From the NCBI GenBank assembly GCA_963815215.1, contig CAWFFU010000003.1, positions 736,001 to 800,000 of the forward strand: a DNA stretch of 64,000 bases, in the 5' to 3' direction. The DNA comes from an uncultured Trueperaceae bacterium (GTDB lineage Bacteria; Deinococcota; Deinococci; Deinococcales; Trueperaceae). The position numbers were made by a program, and so were the translations under genes. The notes beneath the pieces were generated by a model, which saw only the letters and a list, made by a program, of their open reading frames with translations, was not told the origin of the DNA and did not search any database. This document shows positions 33,095 to 46,204 of this stretch, piece by piece (positions within the stretch are counted from its first letter, which is position 1; every line of letters starts with the position of its first letter).

Positions 33095-34081
33095 GTGGAC
33101 GACGCGCGTTTGCGGCCGGCTTCGCTGGCGGAGTACGTCGGGCAGGGACGGCTCAAGAAGAAACTCGAGGTCTACCTGGAAGCGGCCCGCAATCGTGAGG
33201 AGCCGCTCGACCACGTGCTGCTCTATGGCCCTCCGGGGCTCGGCAAGACCACGCTCGCCCACATCATCGCCACCGAGCTGGGCGTGGGTATCCGCGTCAC
33301 GAGCGGACCTGCCATCGAGAAACCCGGCGATCTCGCCGCCATCCTCACCAATGCCCTCGAGGACGGCGACGTTCTGTTCATCGATGAGATCCACCGGCTC
33401 GGCCGGGTGGCCGAGGAACACCTGTATCCCGCCATGGAGGACTTCAAGATCGACATCGTGCTGGGGCAGGGCCCTGCCGCACGCTCGATCCGGCTCGATC
33501 TGCCGCGCTTCACGCTGGTCGGTGCCACCACGCGACCGGGCCTGATCACAGGCCCGCTGCGCAGCCGCTTCGGCATCATCGAGCACCTGGACTACTACGC
33601 CGACCGCGAGCTGGCCGAGGCGGTCGCTCGCGACGCCGAGCGGCTGGGGTTCGTGCTCGAGCCGGGGGCGGCGCTGGAGATCGGGCGCCGGGCGCGCGGC
33701 ACCATGCGCATCGCCAAGCGCCTGCTCAGGCGCATCCGGGACTTCGCCGACGTCGCAGGCGAACCGCGCATCACGCTGGATCGCACCGGCGCGGCGCTCG
33801 GCGCGTTGGGCATCGACGACGCCGGGCTCGACCGGCGCGACCGCACCATCCTGCGCGCCCTGGTAGAGAAATTCGCCGGCGGTCCGGTGGGTCTGGACAC
33901 GCTTGCGACGGCCGTCGGGGAGGACCGGGCCACCATCGAGGAGGTCTACGAGCCTTTCCTGATCCAACGCGGCCTGCTCCAGCGCACCCCGCGTGGGCGT
34001 GTCGCCACCGAGGCGGCCTACCTCCACCTGGGCCTCCCCGTCGCAGCCACGCGGACCGCGCTCTTCACCGAAGGCGGTTGA
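33095..34081 (+). CDS. ruvB: Holliday junction branch migration helicase RuvB
   Basis: [45 protein letters not shown]. Confidence 0.97.
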   Translation: MDDARLRPASLAEYVGQGRLKKKLEVYLEAARNREEPLDHVLLYGPPGLGKTTLAHIIATELGVGIRVTSGPAIEKPGDLAAILTNALEDGDVLFIDEIHRLGRVAEEHLYPAMEDFKIDIVLGQGPAARSIRLDLPRFTLVGATTRPGLITGPLRSRFGIIEHLDYYADRELAEAVARDAERLGFVLEPGAALEIGRRARGTMRIAKRLLRRIRDFADVAGEPRITLDRTGAALGALGIDDAGLDRRDRTILRALVEKFAGGPVGLDTLATAVGEDRATIEEVYEPFLIQRGLLQRTPRGRVATEAAYLHLGLPVAATRTALFTEGG

Positions 34082-34088
34082 GCGCGGG

Positions 34089-35156
34089 ATGATCGAAGGC
34101 AGCCTGCGCAACGTCCCGCTCTCGGACGTGTTCCAGATCATCGCCACCGGCCAGAAGGCGGGCATCCTCACCGTCATGCGGGGCCAGGCGCGGACACGCA
34201 TCTACTTCGAGCAGGGCGGCATCCAGTACGCCCACATCTCGCCGGGCGTCCACCTGGGCGAGATCCTGGTGCGCATGGACCTGCTCACGACCCACGAGGT
34301 CCAGGAGATCCTCCGGCGCCAGCACGTCGAGAACGCCGGCACGCCGCTCGGGCTCATGGCCGTGGAGATGGGGCTGATCGACGAGGACGACCTTCGGCGA
34401 GCGCTCGAGCGCCAGGTGCTGGAGGTGGTCTCGGAGCTGATGAGCTGGTCCGACGGCCAGTTCAACTTCGCCGAGCGGTCCGGCTGGGCCTCGCAGGCGC
34501 CAACCCACCACTCCGTGGACGCGATGAGATTGCTCATGTCGGTGGCGCAGCGTTTGCACGAGTTCGAGGGCGGCGTGGTCGAAGCCGACGCCGTCTTCCT
34601 GCGAGATGGCGACCCCACCAAGGTCGAGATGCCCGCCGGCGCCTGGGAGGTCCTGGGCTACGTCGACGGCAAACGTAGCGCGCGGTCCATCGCCTCCGAA
34701 CTCGATCTAACCGAGCGCCACGTGCTCCACATCCTGTTCGAGCTGGAGGCGCTCGCCATCATCGAGGCGCAGCCCTTCCGCGTCGACGACCCGCTGGTGC
34801 TGGCCGTGTCGCCGAGCAGCGCGCTGCAGAGGCTGCTGCGGCTGTCGCTGCAGCGGGCGCAGCTGCGGGTCGAGGTCGCGCTCGATTATGAGGAGGCCCT
34901 CGAGATGCTGCCGGACGTCCACCCTTCGGCGCTGGTCGTCGACGACCAGGACGGAGCCGGCTGGGATCTCGTCAAGGAGTTGAGGCGGCAGACGGGTCAC
35001 AGCCACCTGCCGGTGCTGGTGCTGGTGGACGAGATGCCGAAGACCGGCCTGTTCGGGCGCGCCCGGCGGCCGCGTGCGGAGGTGCTCCTGAAGCCCTTCC
35101 ACGAGATCGAGTTCCAGCAGATGATCACGCGGATGGTCGGCCGTCCGCTGGCCTGA
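34089..35156 (+). CDS. DUF4388 (PatA-N-like) domain protein with C-terminal receiver-like domain
   Basis: EGSL..VPLSDVFQII..QKAGILT, IYFEQG, LGEILV, WSDGQFNF. C-terminal LVVDD..GWDLVKELR..LPVLVL..LLKPF. Confidence 0.75.
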   Translation: MIEGSLRNVPLSDVFQIIATGQKAGILTVMRGQARTRIYFEQGGIQYAHISPGVHLGEILVRMDLLTTHEVQEILRRQHVENAGTPLGLMAVEMGLIDEDDLRRALERQVLEVVSELMSWSDGQFNFAERSGWASQAPTHHSVDAMRLLMSVAQRLHEFEGGVVEADAVFLRDGDPTKVEMPAGAWEVLGYVDGKRSARSIASELDLTERHVLHILFELEALAIIEAQPFRVDDPLVLAVSPSSALQRLLRLSLQRAQLRVEVALDYEEALEMLPDVHPSALVVDDQDGAGWDLVKELRRQTGHSHLPVLVLVDEMPKTGLFGRARRPRAEVLLKPFHEIEFQQMITRMVGRPLA

Positions 35157-35214
35157 GGGCCGGCACAGGGGTCTCGTACCATCGGAGAATGCCGCATACC
35201 AGGGCGTAATCCGG

Positions 35215-35243
35215 TTGCTACGCCCACGGGCACGTGCTATCGT
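35215..35243 (+). promoter_or_regulatory. Sigma-A-like promoter of the sugar ABC operon
   Basis: TTGCTA, 17-nt spacer ending TGC, TATCGT. Confidence 0.55.
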
Positions 35244-35397
35244 TCATCCCAAGCAGACGACCATCCGGGGGGAACGGAGGCACGCCGGACATGGCCGCAA
35301 CAGCGCGGGTGTGGTACGCACTCCGTCGGTCGTTCTGGGTTTCATCCCCGTGCCACAATTCTCACGGCACCGGGCAATGACGGAAATGAGGTGTCCC

Positions 35398-36672
35398 ATG
35401 AAACGCATTTGGCTGACTCTTCTAGTCCTGGTCGGCGGACTCTTCGGAGGTGCCGCGCTCGCGCAAGGCGTGACGCTGCACATCTCCTGCGGGGCCGTCG
35501 GCAACGAACTCACGCTGTGCACGAACGAAGCGCAGGCGTGGGCGAAGAAGACGGGCAACACCGTGGTGGTGGTGTCGACCCCCAACTCCTCAACGGACCG
35601 TCTGGCGCTCTACCAGCAGCAGCTTGCCGCGCAGTCGGACAGCATCGACGTCTACCAGATCGACGTCATCTGGCCCGGCATCCTCGGCGACTACTTCGTC
35701 GATCTTTCGAAGTACTTCACCCAGAGCGACCTGAGCGGCTTCATCCCGGCGTTGGCGCAGAACGACAACGTTAGCGGCAAGCAGGTGGCGGTGCCCTGGT
35801 TCAACGACGCCGGCCTTCTGTACTACCGTACCGACCTGCTCAAGAAGTACGGCTTCAATGCGCCACCCGCCACCTGGGCCGAACTCACCAGCATGGCCCA
35901 GAAGATCCAGGCAGGCGAGCGCGCCGCCGGCAACTCGAAGTTCTGGGGCTACGTCTGGCAGGGCAACGCCTACGAGGGCTTGACCTGTGACGCCCTCGAA
36001 TGGGTCTACTCCTACGGCGGCGGCACCATCGTCGACGCGCAGGGCAACATCACCATCGACAACGCCAAGGCCGCCGAGGCCATCAACATGGCCAAGAGCT
36101 GGGTGGGCACGATCTCGCCTCCTGGAGTCCTCAGCTACCAGGAAGAAGAGGCCCGGGGCGTGTGGCAGGCCGGCAACGCCGCCTTCATGCGGAACTGGCC
36201 CTATGCCTACGGTCCCGGTCAGAGCGCCGACAGCCCCATCAAGGATAAGTTCGGTGTGACCGCGTTGCCGTCGGCCACGGCTGACGGGCAGCACGCCGCC
36301 ACCCTGGGTGGCTGGCAGCTCGCCGTGTCGCGCTTCTCGAAGAACCCGGCGGCCGCCGCCGATCTCGTCAAGTACCTCACGAGCACCGAAGTGGAGCGGG
36401 AACGCGCCATCCAGGGTAGCTTCCTGCCGTCGCGTCTGGCTCTGTACGACGACCCGCAGATCCAGCAGCAGAACCCCTTCATCCACCAGCTGAAGCCGGT
36501 CTTCGCGAGTGCCGTGGCGCGCCCCGCCACCGCTACCAAGCAGAAGTACAACCAGGTCTCCAGCGCATTCTGGACGGCCGTGCACAACGTCCTCGCCGGC
36601 CAGCAGCAGGCGAACCAGGCGTTGAGCGGCCTGAAGGCCCAGCTCACGCGCATCAAGGGCGCGGGCTGGTAA
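35398..36672 (+). CDS. Trehalose/maltose-type ABC transporter substrate-binding protein (ThuE/MalE-like)
   Basis: Signal peptide ending ALA. DVYQIDVIWPG, WQGNAYEGLTCDALEW, FMRNWPYA, TLGGWQLAVS. Confidence 0.88.
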   Translation: MKRIWLTLLVLVGGLFGGAALAQGVTLHISCGAVGNELTLCTNEAQAWAKKTGNTVVVVSTPNSSTDRLALYQQQLAAQSDSIDVYQIDVIWPGILGDYFVDLSKYFTQSDLSGFIPALAQNDNVSGKQVAVPWFNDAGLLYYRTDLLKKYGFNAPPATWAELTSMAQKIQAGERAAGNSKFWGYVWQGNAYEGLTCDALEWVYSYGGGTIVDAQGNITIDNAKAAEAINMAKSWVGTISPPGVLSYQEEEARGVWQAGNAAFMRNWPYAYGPGQSADSPIKDKFGVTALPSATADGQHAATLGGWQLAVSRFSKNPAAAADLVKYLTSTEVERERAIQGSFLPSRLALYDDPQIQQQNPFIHQLKPVFASAVARPATATKQKYNQVSSAFWTAVHNVLAGQQQANQALSGLKAQLTRIKGAGW

Positions 36673-36686
36673 TCCCGGTCCCCGTT

Positions 36687-36715
36687 GCGGCCCCTCCCGA
36701 CACGGGAGGGGCCGC
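36687..36715 (+). terminator. Stem-loop after the sugar-binding protein gene
   Basis: GCGGCCCCTCCCG-ACA-CGGGAGGGGCCGC, 13-bp perfect stem. Confidence 0.7.
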
Positions 36716-36766
36716 CCTTCTATAGGTCGGGCGTGTGCGCTCGGTGCGCTCGGCTCGAGGTGATCG

Positions 36767-37687
36767 ATGCAAGAGACCGCCGTCAAGAAGCGCAGCGTCA
36801 AGGCCGGGATATCGCTGGAAGGGCGGCGGGCCAGGACCGCCTGGCTCTTCCTCGCGCCCTCGTTGATCGTCATCCTCCTGGTGGCGGGCTACCCGCTCTT
36901 CCGCACGTTCCAACTCAGCCTGACGCAGACCAGCATGCTTCAGTTCCCGCTGAAGGCGCAGTTCGTCGGCCTCTCGAACTTCAAGTTCCTCCTTCAGGAC
37001 GCACAATGGTGGCGGTCGGTGCAGAACACCGTGGTCTTCACGGTGTCCTCGGTTGCGGTCGAGACCCTTCTGGGGCTCGGCATCGCGATGCTGGTGAACG
37101 CTCGCTTCCCCGGCCGCGGCGCCATGCGCACGGCCATGCTCATCCCCTGGGCGATCCCCACGGTGGTGTCGGCCCAGATGTGGCGCTGGATGTACAACGA
37201 CGTCTACGGCGTCATCAACGACATCATGATGAAGCTGCATCTGATCGACAAGCCCTACGCCTGGCTGGCGAACCCCAAGCTCATGCTCCCCGCCGTGATC
37301 TCGGTGGACGTCTGGAAGACGACACCGTTCATGGCGCTGCTACTGCTTGCCGGGCTGCAGACGATCCCCAACGAGCTCTATGAGGCCGCTCGCGTCGACG
37401 GCGCCACGGCATGGCAGAACTTCGTGCGCGTCACGCTGCCGTTGTTGAGGCCGGCTCTCCTGGTAGCTCTCATCTTCCGAACGCTCGACGCGCTCCGCGT
37501 GTTCGACGCTATCTACGTCATGACGGGTACCACCCCGAACACCATGTCGATGTCGGTCTATGCCAGGCAGCAGTTGGTCGATTTCGGCTTGCTTGGCTAC
37601 GGCTCGGCCATCTCCGTCGGCATCTTCTTCATCATCGGGCTCTTCGTGGTCGGCTATGTCGTTAGCCTTCGCGTGGAGGTCGACTGA
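36767..37687 (+). CDS. Carbohydrate ABC permease (ThuF/MalF-like)
   Basis: [22 protein letters not shown] motif [10 protein letters not shown]. Confidence 0.92.
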   Translation: MQETAVKKRSVKAGISLEGRRARTAWLFLAPSLIVILLVAGYPLFRTFQLSLTQTSMLQFPLKAQFVGLSNFKFLLQDAQWWRSVQNTVVFTVSSVAVETLLGLGIAMLVNARFPGRGAMRTAMLIPWAIPTVVSAQMWRWMYNDVYGVINDIMMKLHLIDKPYAWLANPKLMLPAVISVDVWKTTPFMALLLLAGLQTIPNELYEAARVDGATAWQNFVRVTLPLLRPALLVALIFRTLDALRVFDAIYVMTGTTPNTMSMSVYARQQLVDFGLLGYGSAISVGIFFIIGLFVVGYVVSLRVEVD

Positions 37688-38535
37688 TGCGCAAGCGCGG
37701 CGTCGGATACTACCTGGGCCAGCTCGCCTTCGCCATCCTCGTCATCCTGGTGTTCATCTACCTGGTGTTCCCCTTCTTCTGGGCGATCTCCTCGTCGCTC
37801 AAGACCCAGAACGAGCTGTTCGCCACCCCGCTGGTGTACTGGCCTCCGCACCCGCAGTGGCACAACTACGTCGAGGTCTTCACCGGGCAGCCGTTCGCCC
37901 GCAATCTTGCGAACTCGCTGGTGGTGGCGGGGCTCACCACGATACTGTCGCTCCTCATCGGCGGCACCGCCGCCTACGCGCTCGGGCGCATCCGCTTCCG
38001 CGGCAAGCGCACCATCTTCTACGGCATCCTGGGCGTCTCGATGTTCCCGCAGATCGCCATCCTGGGCGGCATGTTCGTGCTCATCCGGACCCTGAACATC
38101 TACAACACCTGGTGGGGGCTGATCCTGTCCTACATGGTGTTCACCCTGCCGTTCACGGTGTGGGTGCTGACGAGCTTCGTGCGGGAGATTCCGCGTGAGT
38201 TGGAAGAGGCGGCGTTCGTCGATGGCGCCACCCCGGTGCAGTCACTCATCCGCGTCCTGCTGCCGGTGATGGCTCCAGGGCTCGTCACCGCCGGGCTGTT
38301 GGCGTTCATCCAGGCCTGGAACGAGTTCCTGTTCGCCCTCACCTTCACCGTCGACAACCACGCCCGTACGGTGCCGGTCGCCATCGCGCTGTTCAGCGGT
38401 GCCAGCCAGTATGAGCTGCCGTGGGCACAGATCATGGCGGCGTCGGTCGTCGTGACGGTGCCGCTGATCATCCTGGTGCTCGTCTTCCAGCAGCGCATCG
38501 TCGCCGGGCTCACGGCCGGAGCCGTGAAGGGCTGA
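37687..38535 (+). CDS. Carbohydrate ABC permease (ThuG/MalG-like)
   Basis: [38 protein letters not shown]. Confidence 0.92.
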   Translation: MRKRGVGYYLGQLAFAILVILVFIYLVFPFFWAISSSLKTQNELFATPLVYWPPHPQWHNYVEVFTGQPFARNLANSLVVAGLTTILSLLIGGTAAYALGRIRFRGKRTIFYGILGVSMFPQIAILGGMFVLIRTLNIYNTWWGLILSYMVFTLPFTVWVLTSFVREIPRELEEAAFVDGATPVQSLIRVLLPVMAPGLVTAGLLAFIQAWNEFLFALTFTVDNHARTVPVAIALFSGASQYELPWAQIMAASVVVTVPLIILVLVFQQRIVAGLTAGAVKG

Positions 38536-38640
38536 CCCGCGAGCGGATCGCCCGACCCTCGAACCAGCATGCTGTGGGGCGCGCCGATCGCGGCGCGCCC
38601 CACGTCTATGACGGCGCCCTCCTGACGGTGCCTTCCGCCG

Positions 38641-40644
<2,004 letters not shown>

Positions 40645-40744
40645 CGTCGTCACCTCGGCGGTCGTTCGTTCCACTGGCCCGTGCCGCCACTGTACCGTCC
40701 GAGACGCTCGGCGGAACGGCGTGCGGGCCGAGTACACTGCGACT

Positions 40745-42562
40745 GTGCGAAGCGTCTTCGGTTCGGGTCGTCGCGAAGGTCGCGGCCGGGGTGCGGCCGG
40801 GCTCGAGCTGTCCCAGCTCCGGCGGTTGCTGGGCTTCACTCGCCCTTACCGCGTTCGCCTCATCGTCGGCATCGTCGCGGTCGGCATCTCCAGCGCGTTC
40901 GGTCTCGCCTTCCCGCTGCTGATCCGCGACCTGTTCAACACCGCCTTCGGCGGTCACAGCAGCGGCGCCGGCCTGAACGGCATCGTCGCCCTGCTGTTCG
41001 GGTTGTTCGCCCTGCAGGCGGTGTTCAATTACGTCCGCACCTACAACCTGGGGCTGGTGGGCGAGGCGCTGGTCGCGGACCTGCGCAAGACGCTCTTCGG
41101 CCACGTGATCGACCTGTCCGTTCGCTTCTTCGAGGGGCGCAAGACAGGCGAGATCACCTCGCGCCTGACCTCCGACATCAGCACCGTCCAGAACGCCGTT
41201 TCCCAAGCGCTGGCCCAGTTCGTCAACCAGCTCATCACGCTGGTGGGCGGGGTGGTGGTGCTGCTGGTGCTGAACTTCAAGCTCACCCTGGTGATGCTCG
41301 CCATCGTGCCCGCCGTGGTGCTCGCCGCCGCCTACTTCGGTCGGCGGCTGAGACGGATCAGCACCCGCTTCCAGGACGCCGTCGGCGCCGCCAACGCGAC
41401 AGCCGAGGAGGCGATCCAAGGGGTGCGGGTGGTCAAGTCCTTCACCGCCGAGGACGTCGAGCGCCGCCGCTACGGCGCCGGCATCGACGTCTCCTACGCG
41501 CTGGCGCTGGAGCGCCTGCGCGTGCGGGCGCTGTTCGTGCCTACCGTGATCCTGGCGATGTTCACGGGCATCGGCGTGGTGCTCTGGTACGGAGGCCATC
41601 TGGTACTACAGGGCTCGCTGAAGGGCGGCGACCTCATCGCGTTCCTGCTCATCACGGTGTTCGTCGCGGGCTCCATCGGTACCTTCACCGGCCTCTACTC
41701 GCAGCTCCAGGAGGCGCTGGGAGCTTCCAAACGCATCTTCGAGCTGCTCGACGCGGACAGCGACCTGCCCGAGCCGGAAGCGCCGCTGCACCTCGAGGCG
41801 CCGCAGGGTGCGGTGCGCTTCGAGGGCGTACGGTTCCGCTACGGCGACCGTGGCGATGCGCCCGTGCTCGACGGTATCGATCTGACGGCCGAGCCGGGCA
41901 GGGTGATCGCCCTGGTCGGCCCCAGCGGCGCAGGCAAGAGCACCCTGGTCTCGCTCATCCCGCGCTTCTTCGACCCGACCGAGGGCCGGATCCTGCTCGA
42001 CGACGTCGACCTGCGCCACCTGCCGACCCGAGAGCTCCGCGGTGTGGTCGGCATCGTGCCGCAGGAGACTCAACTCTTCTCGGGCTCGATCGCCGACAAC
42101 ATCCGCTACGGCCGGCCCGGCGCCGATGACGCGGCGGTGGCCGAGGCCGCCCGCGCGGCCAACGCCGACGGCTTCATCCGCGCGTTCCCCGACGGCTACG
42201 GCACGCTCGTCGGCGAGCGCGGCGTGAAGCTGTCGGGCGGACAGCGTCAGCGGGTGGCCATCGCGCGCGCGCTCCTCAAGGATCCGCGCATCCTGATCCT
42301 CGACGAGGCCACCAGTTCGCTCGACAGCGAGTCGGAGGGGGCCGTTCAGGCGGCGTTGGAACGCCTGATGCAGGGGCGCACTACCTTCGTGATCGCCCAC
42401 CGGCTGTCCACGGTGCAGGGGGCGGATATGCTGCTGGTGATGGACGGCGGCCGCATCGTGCAACGGGGTAGCCACCGGGCGCTGCTGGCCGAAGGCGGGC
42501 TCTATCGCGAGCTGTTCGAACGCCAGTTCCGGTCGTTCGACGTGGTGTCGATCCCCGGCTGA
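40745..42562 (+). CDS. ABC exporter, fused permease/ATPase (MsbA-like)
   Basis: GTG is 6 nt after TACACT. TM domain, then GPSGAGKST, LSGGQRQR, ILDEATSSLD, IAHRLST. Confidence 0.92.
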   Translation: MRSVFGSGRREGRGRGAAGLELSQLRRLLGFTRPYRVRLIVGIVAVGISSAFGLAFPLLIRDLFNTAFGGHSSGAGLNGIVALLFGLFALQAVFNYVRTYNLGLVGEALVADLRKTLFGHVIDLSVRFFEGRKTGEITSRLTSDISTVQNAVSQALAQFVNQLITLVGGVVVLLVLNFKLTLVMLAIVPAVVLAAAYFGRRLRRISTRFQDAVGAANATAEEAIQGVRVVKSFTAEDVERRRYGAGIDVSYALALERLRVRALFVPTVILAMFTGIGVVLWYGGHLVLQGSLKGGDLIAFLLITVFVAGSIGTFTGLYSQLQEALGASKRIFELLDADSDLPEPEAPLHLEAPQGAVRFEGVRFRYGDRGDAPVLDGIDLTAEPGRVIALVGPSGAGKSTLVSLIPRFFDPTEGRILLDDVDLRHLPTRELRGVVGIVPQETQLFSGSIADNIRYGRPGADDAAVAEAARAANADGFIRAFPDGYGTLVGERGVKLSGGQRQRVAIARALLKDPRILILDEATSSLDSESEGAVQAALERLMQGRTTFVIAHRLSTVQGADMLLVMDGGRIVQRGSHRALLAEGGLYRELFERQFRSFDVVSIPG

Positions 42563-42650
42563 GCGGTGCGCCACGCGGCGCCGGCGCCGCGCCAACGGAC
42601 GTCGGCCGGGCTCGCCCGGCCGACGCATCGATACCTTAAACTCTTAGGAT

Positions 42651-44684
42651 ATGGCGCTCGAGGTGCACTCCCCCTACGAACCGCGGGGCGACCAGCCGCA
42701 GGCCATCGATGGGATCACCGAGGGCCTGGGCGACGGCCTCCGTTTCCAGACGCTACTGGGGGCGACGGGCACCGGCAAGACCTTCTCCATGGCCAAGATC
42801 ATCGAGCGCATCCAGCGCCCGGCCTTGATCCTGGCCCCCAACAAGATCCTGACCGCCCAGCTCGCCGCCGAGTTCAGGGACTACTTCCCCACCGCGGCGG
42901 TCGAGTTCTTCATCAGCTACTACGACTACTACCAGCCTGAAGCCTACGTTCCGGCGCGCGACCTGTTCATCGAGAAGGACGCCAACATCAACATGGAGCT
43001 GGAGAGGTTGCGCCACTCCACCACCCGCAGCCTGCTGACCCGCGACGACGTCATCGTGGTGGCTTCGGTGTCGGCGATCTACGGGTTGGGGTCGCCCGAC
43101 GAGTACCAGCGCCTCCACCTCATCCTGGAGGTCGGACGCGCCGTCGGACGCGACGCCATCCTGGAGACCCTGGTCACCCAGCAGTACGAGCGCAACGACA
43201 TCGAGCTCGCTCCCGGTCGCTTCCGCGCCCGTGGCGACGTGGTCGAGGTGTGGGCGGCGTACGAGGAGCAGCCCCTGCGGGTCGAGCTGTGGGGCGATGA
43301 GGTCGATCGCTTGACCATGCTCGATCCCGTCACCGGGGACGAGACCAGCGAGCTCGACCGCGCCATGGTCTTCCCCGCCAAGCACTACGTGACCCCTTTC
43401 GACAAGCTCCAACCGGCCGTCGAACAGATCGAGGCCGACCTGCACGAGCGCCTGGCGCTGTTCGAGAAGGCCGGCAAGCTCATCGAGGCGCAGCGTCTGA
43501 GGGAGCGCACGCTCTACGACCTGGAGATGCTCCGCACGCTCGGGTACTGCAGCGGCATCGAGAACTACTCGCGCTATCTCGAGGCGCGGAAGCCCGGTGT
43601 GCCCCCGAACACGCTCCTCGACTACTTCCCCGACGACTTCGTCACCTTCATGGACGAGTCGCACGTGATGGTGCCGCAGATCCGCGGCATGTACAACGGC
43701 GACCGCGCCCGCAAGCAGACCCTGGTCGACTACGGCTTCCGGCTCCCCGCCGCCCTCGACAACCGGCCGCTGCGGGAGGAGGAGTTCTTCGCGCGGGTCG
43801 GACAGGTGGTGTTCGTCTCCGCCACCCCCGCCGATCAGGAGGCGCGCCTGAGCGACAAGACCGTCGAGCAGGTCATCCGCCCCACCGGACTGGTCGATCC
43901 CAAGGTCACGGTCAAGCCCAGCCGCGGTCAGATCGACGACCTGGTGTTCGCCGTGCGCGAGCGGGCCAAGCAGAACGAGCGCGTGCTCGTCACCACCCTC
44001 ACCAAGAAGATGGCCGAGGACCTCACGGAGTACCTGGCCGAGAAGGGGGTGCGCGTGCGCTACATGCACTCCGATATCGACGCGGTCGAACGCCAGGTCA
44101 TCATCCGCGATCTCCGGCTGGGACACTTCGACGTCCTGGTTGGGATCAACCTGCTTCGCGAGGGCCTCGATCTGCCCGAGGTGAGCCTGGTGGCGATCCT
44201 CGATGCCGACAAGGCCGGCTTCCTCAGGAGCGTTCGTTCGCTCATCCAGACCATCGGCCGGGCGGCGCGTAACGTCAACGGTGAAGTCTTCCTGTACGCC
44301 GACGAGATCAGCGATGCCATGCAGGGCGCCATCGACGAGACCAGCCGTCGCCGCGACAAGCAACTGGCGTTCAACGTCGAGCACGACATCACCCCGGAGA
44401 CGATCCGGAAGCGCATCCACGAAGTGATCCGGGGTGAGGGCGAGGGTGAGACCGCCGAGGGCAAGAAGGTCGATCTCGACCCCTGGGAGCGCGAGCTGCT
44501 CTTCGACGACCTCAAGCAGGAACTGGCGCAGCTCGAGATCGAGATGTGGAAGGCGTCCGAGGATCTCGACTTCGAACGCGCCGCGCAGATCCGCGACCGC
44601 ATCCACGAGATCGAGGCCCGTCTCGAGGGCAAGAGCGTGAAGGTCGTCCCGCTGCCGGGCAAGGGCAGACCCGCGCGCGCCTGA
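42651..44684 (+). CDS. uvrB: Excinuclease ABC subunit B
   Basis: [55 protein letters not shown]-terminal UVR domain. Confidence 0.98.
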   Translation: MALEVHSPYEPRGDQPQAIDGITEGLGDGLRFQTLLGATGTGKTFSMAKIIERIQRPALILAPNKILTAQLAAEFRDYFPTAAVEFFISYYDYYQPEAYVPARDLFIEKDANINMELERLRHSTTRSLLTRDDVIVVASVSAIYGLGSPDEYQRLHLILEVGRAVGRDAILETLVTQQYERNDIELAPGRFRARGDVVEVWAAYEEQPLRVELWGDEVDRLTMLDPVTGDETSELDRAMVFPAKHYVTPFDKLQPAVEQIEADLHERLALFEKAGKLIEAQRLRERTLYDLEMLRTLGYCSGIENYSRYLEARKPGVPPNTLLDYFPDDFVTFMDESHVMVPQIRGMYNGDRARKQTLVDYGFRLPAALDNRPLREEEFFARVGQVVFVSATPADQEARLSDKTVEQVIRPTGLVDPKVTVKPSRGQIDDLVFAVRERAKQNERVLVTTLTKKMAEDLTEYLAEKGVRVRYMHSDIDAVERQVIIRDLRLGHFDVLVGINLLREGLDLPEVSLVAILDADKAGFLRSVRSLIQTIGRAARNVNGEVFLYADEISDAMQGAIDETSRRRDKQLAFNVEHDITPETIRKRIHEVIRGEGEGETAEGKKVDLDPWERELLFDDLKQELAQLEIEMWKASEDLDFERAAQIRDRIHEIEARLEGKSVKVVPLPGKGRPARA

Positions 44685-44751
44685 TGACCGTGCCACGCCC
44701 GTGCCTGCGCGGCCTCGCGCTTCGAGCCCGCTATGGTAACGTTGTCCCACT

Positions 44752-45243
44752 GTGACATTCCAGGTCGGTGACAACGTGGTCTACCCCTCGCAGGGGGCGG
44801 GCGTCGTCGAGGAGATGACGACAAGGCAAGTCCTCGGGGAAACCCAGAAGTACCTGAAGATCGTCTTCGTTCGCGGTGACATGGAGGTTCTGGTCCCCCT
44901 GCGCAAGGGCCAGGAAGTCGGGCTCCGGCTCACGGTCGGTCGTGACGAGATCGAACAGGTCTACGAGGCCCTCGCCAAGGCCGATCTGTCCCTTCCCACC
45001 CAGTGGCCACCGCGCTACCGGGCGGAGCAGGACATCCTCGCCGGTGGTAGCGCCTACGACCTGGCACGGCTGATCGGCGTGCTGTCGAAGCGCGATATCG
45101 AGAAGGGCCTGGCCGCCACGGAGCGCGAGGTCCTGGAGAGCGCCAAGAGCATGCTGTCGAGCGAACTTGCCGTGGTCCAGAAGCTGTCGCTCGCCGAAGC
45201 GTCGAGCCAGCTCGAAGCCTTCATCGCTGAACGCATCGCGTGA
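44752..45243 (+). CDS. carD: CarD family transcription factor
   Basis: FQVGDNVVYPSQGAG, VLVP..VGLR, QWPPRYR with the conserved Trp. Confidence 0.88.
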   Translation: MTFQVGDNVVYPSQGAGVVEEMTTRQVLGETQKYLKIVFVRGDMEVLVPLRKGQEVGLRLTVGRDEIEQVYEALAKADLSLPTQWPPRYRAEQDILAGGSAYDLARLIGVLSKRDIEKGLAATEREVLESAKSMLSSELAVVQKLSLAEASSQLEAFIAERIA

Positions 45244-45273
45244 GCCTGCGCAGGCCGTGACCGAGCCCCTCCG

Positions 45274-46140
45274 GTGAGCGGCGGCGGCGACGGCGCCGCA
45301 GACCGCGTGCGGCCGCTAACGTCGCCCTCCCGCGTCGCCGAGCTCCTTCGGCGCCACGGGCTCACCCCAGACAGGGGATTCGGGCAGAACTTCCTGGTCG
45401 ATGCGGCCACCCTGACCGCCATCGTCGATGCCGCCGCCATCGCGCCCACCGACACCGTGTTCGAGGCAGGGCCGGGGTTGGGCGTGCTCACCCGGGCGCT
45501 GGCCGAGCGCGCGAGGCGGGTCGTGAGCGTCGAGCTCGACCGGCGCCTGGCCCCGGTCCTGGCCGAGACGCTGTCCGGGCTGGACAACGTGGAGCTGATC
45601 GAGGGGGACGCCGTCCGTTTCGACTTCGCCCACCTGCCCGAAGGGGCGCTCCTGGTCGCCAACCTGCCCTACAACGCAGCGACCGCCGTGGTCACGCACG
45701 CCCTGGAGTCGGCCCGCTTCACGCGCCTGGTGTTCCTGGTGCAGCGCGAAGTCGCCGAGCGCCTGACCGCCGAGGCCGGAACGCCGGCGTACGGCTCGCT
45801 GAGCCTGCTGGTGCGCCACTTCGGGGAGGCCCGGCGCGTCCGCCGGGTTCCGCCGGGCGCCTTCCTGCCCCCACCCAAGGTGACCTCGAGCGTGGTGCGC
45901 ATCGACGTCCGACCGGGCGCGCGCCCCGACCCAGAGCTGTTCGCATTCATCCGTACGTGCTTCACGCACCGCCGCAAGACGTTGGTCAAGACCCTCACCA
46001 TGGCAGGCTACGATCGTACGCGGGTCGAGGCGGCGCTCCAGCGGCTCGGTCTTACCGAGCGCGTGCGCTCCGAGCAGCTCGACCTGGACGCCTTCCACGA
46101 CCTCATGCGCCTCGTGCAAGACAGGAAGGACCCACGCTGA
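45274..46140 (+). CDS. rsmA: 16S rRNA m6,2A dimethyltransferase
   Basis: FGQNFL, EAGPGLG, VANLPYN, QREVAERL, PPPKVTS, RRKTL. Confidence 0.95.
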   Translation: MSGGGDGAADRVRPLTSPSRVAELLRRHGLTPDRGFGQNFLVDAATLTAIVDAAAIAPTDTVFEAGPGLGVLTRALAERARRVVSVELDRRLAPVLAETLSGLDNVELIEGDAVRFDFAHLPEGALLVANLPYNAATAVVTHALESARFTRLVFLVQREVAERLTAEAGTPAYGSLSLLVRHFGEARRVRRVPPGAFLPPPKVTSSVVRIDVRPGARPDPELFAFIRTCFTHRRKTLVKTLTMAGYDRTRVEAALQRLGLTERVRSEQLDLDAFHDLMRLVQDRKDPR

Positions 46141-46204
46141 GCCGATTCGGTATACTGCCCTAAGCGAACAAGGGACTCCATCCGGGGGATGGATCTGGAG
46201 AGTC

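Noticed and set aside
35398..38535. Sugar ABC operon lacking an ATPase; also sufS-sufU without sufBCD, and solitary pilT and ruvB
   Set aside because: Shared MalK-type ATPases and dispersed partner genes are common, so this is not evidence of novelty.
42563..42650. Deinococcal RDRM (DdrO) operator upstream of uvrB, ruvB or recF
   Set aside because: No convincing AT-rich 17-bp palindrome seen by eye.
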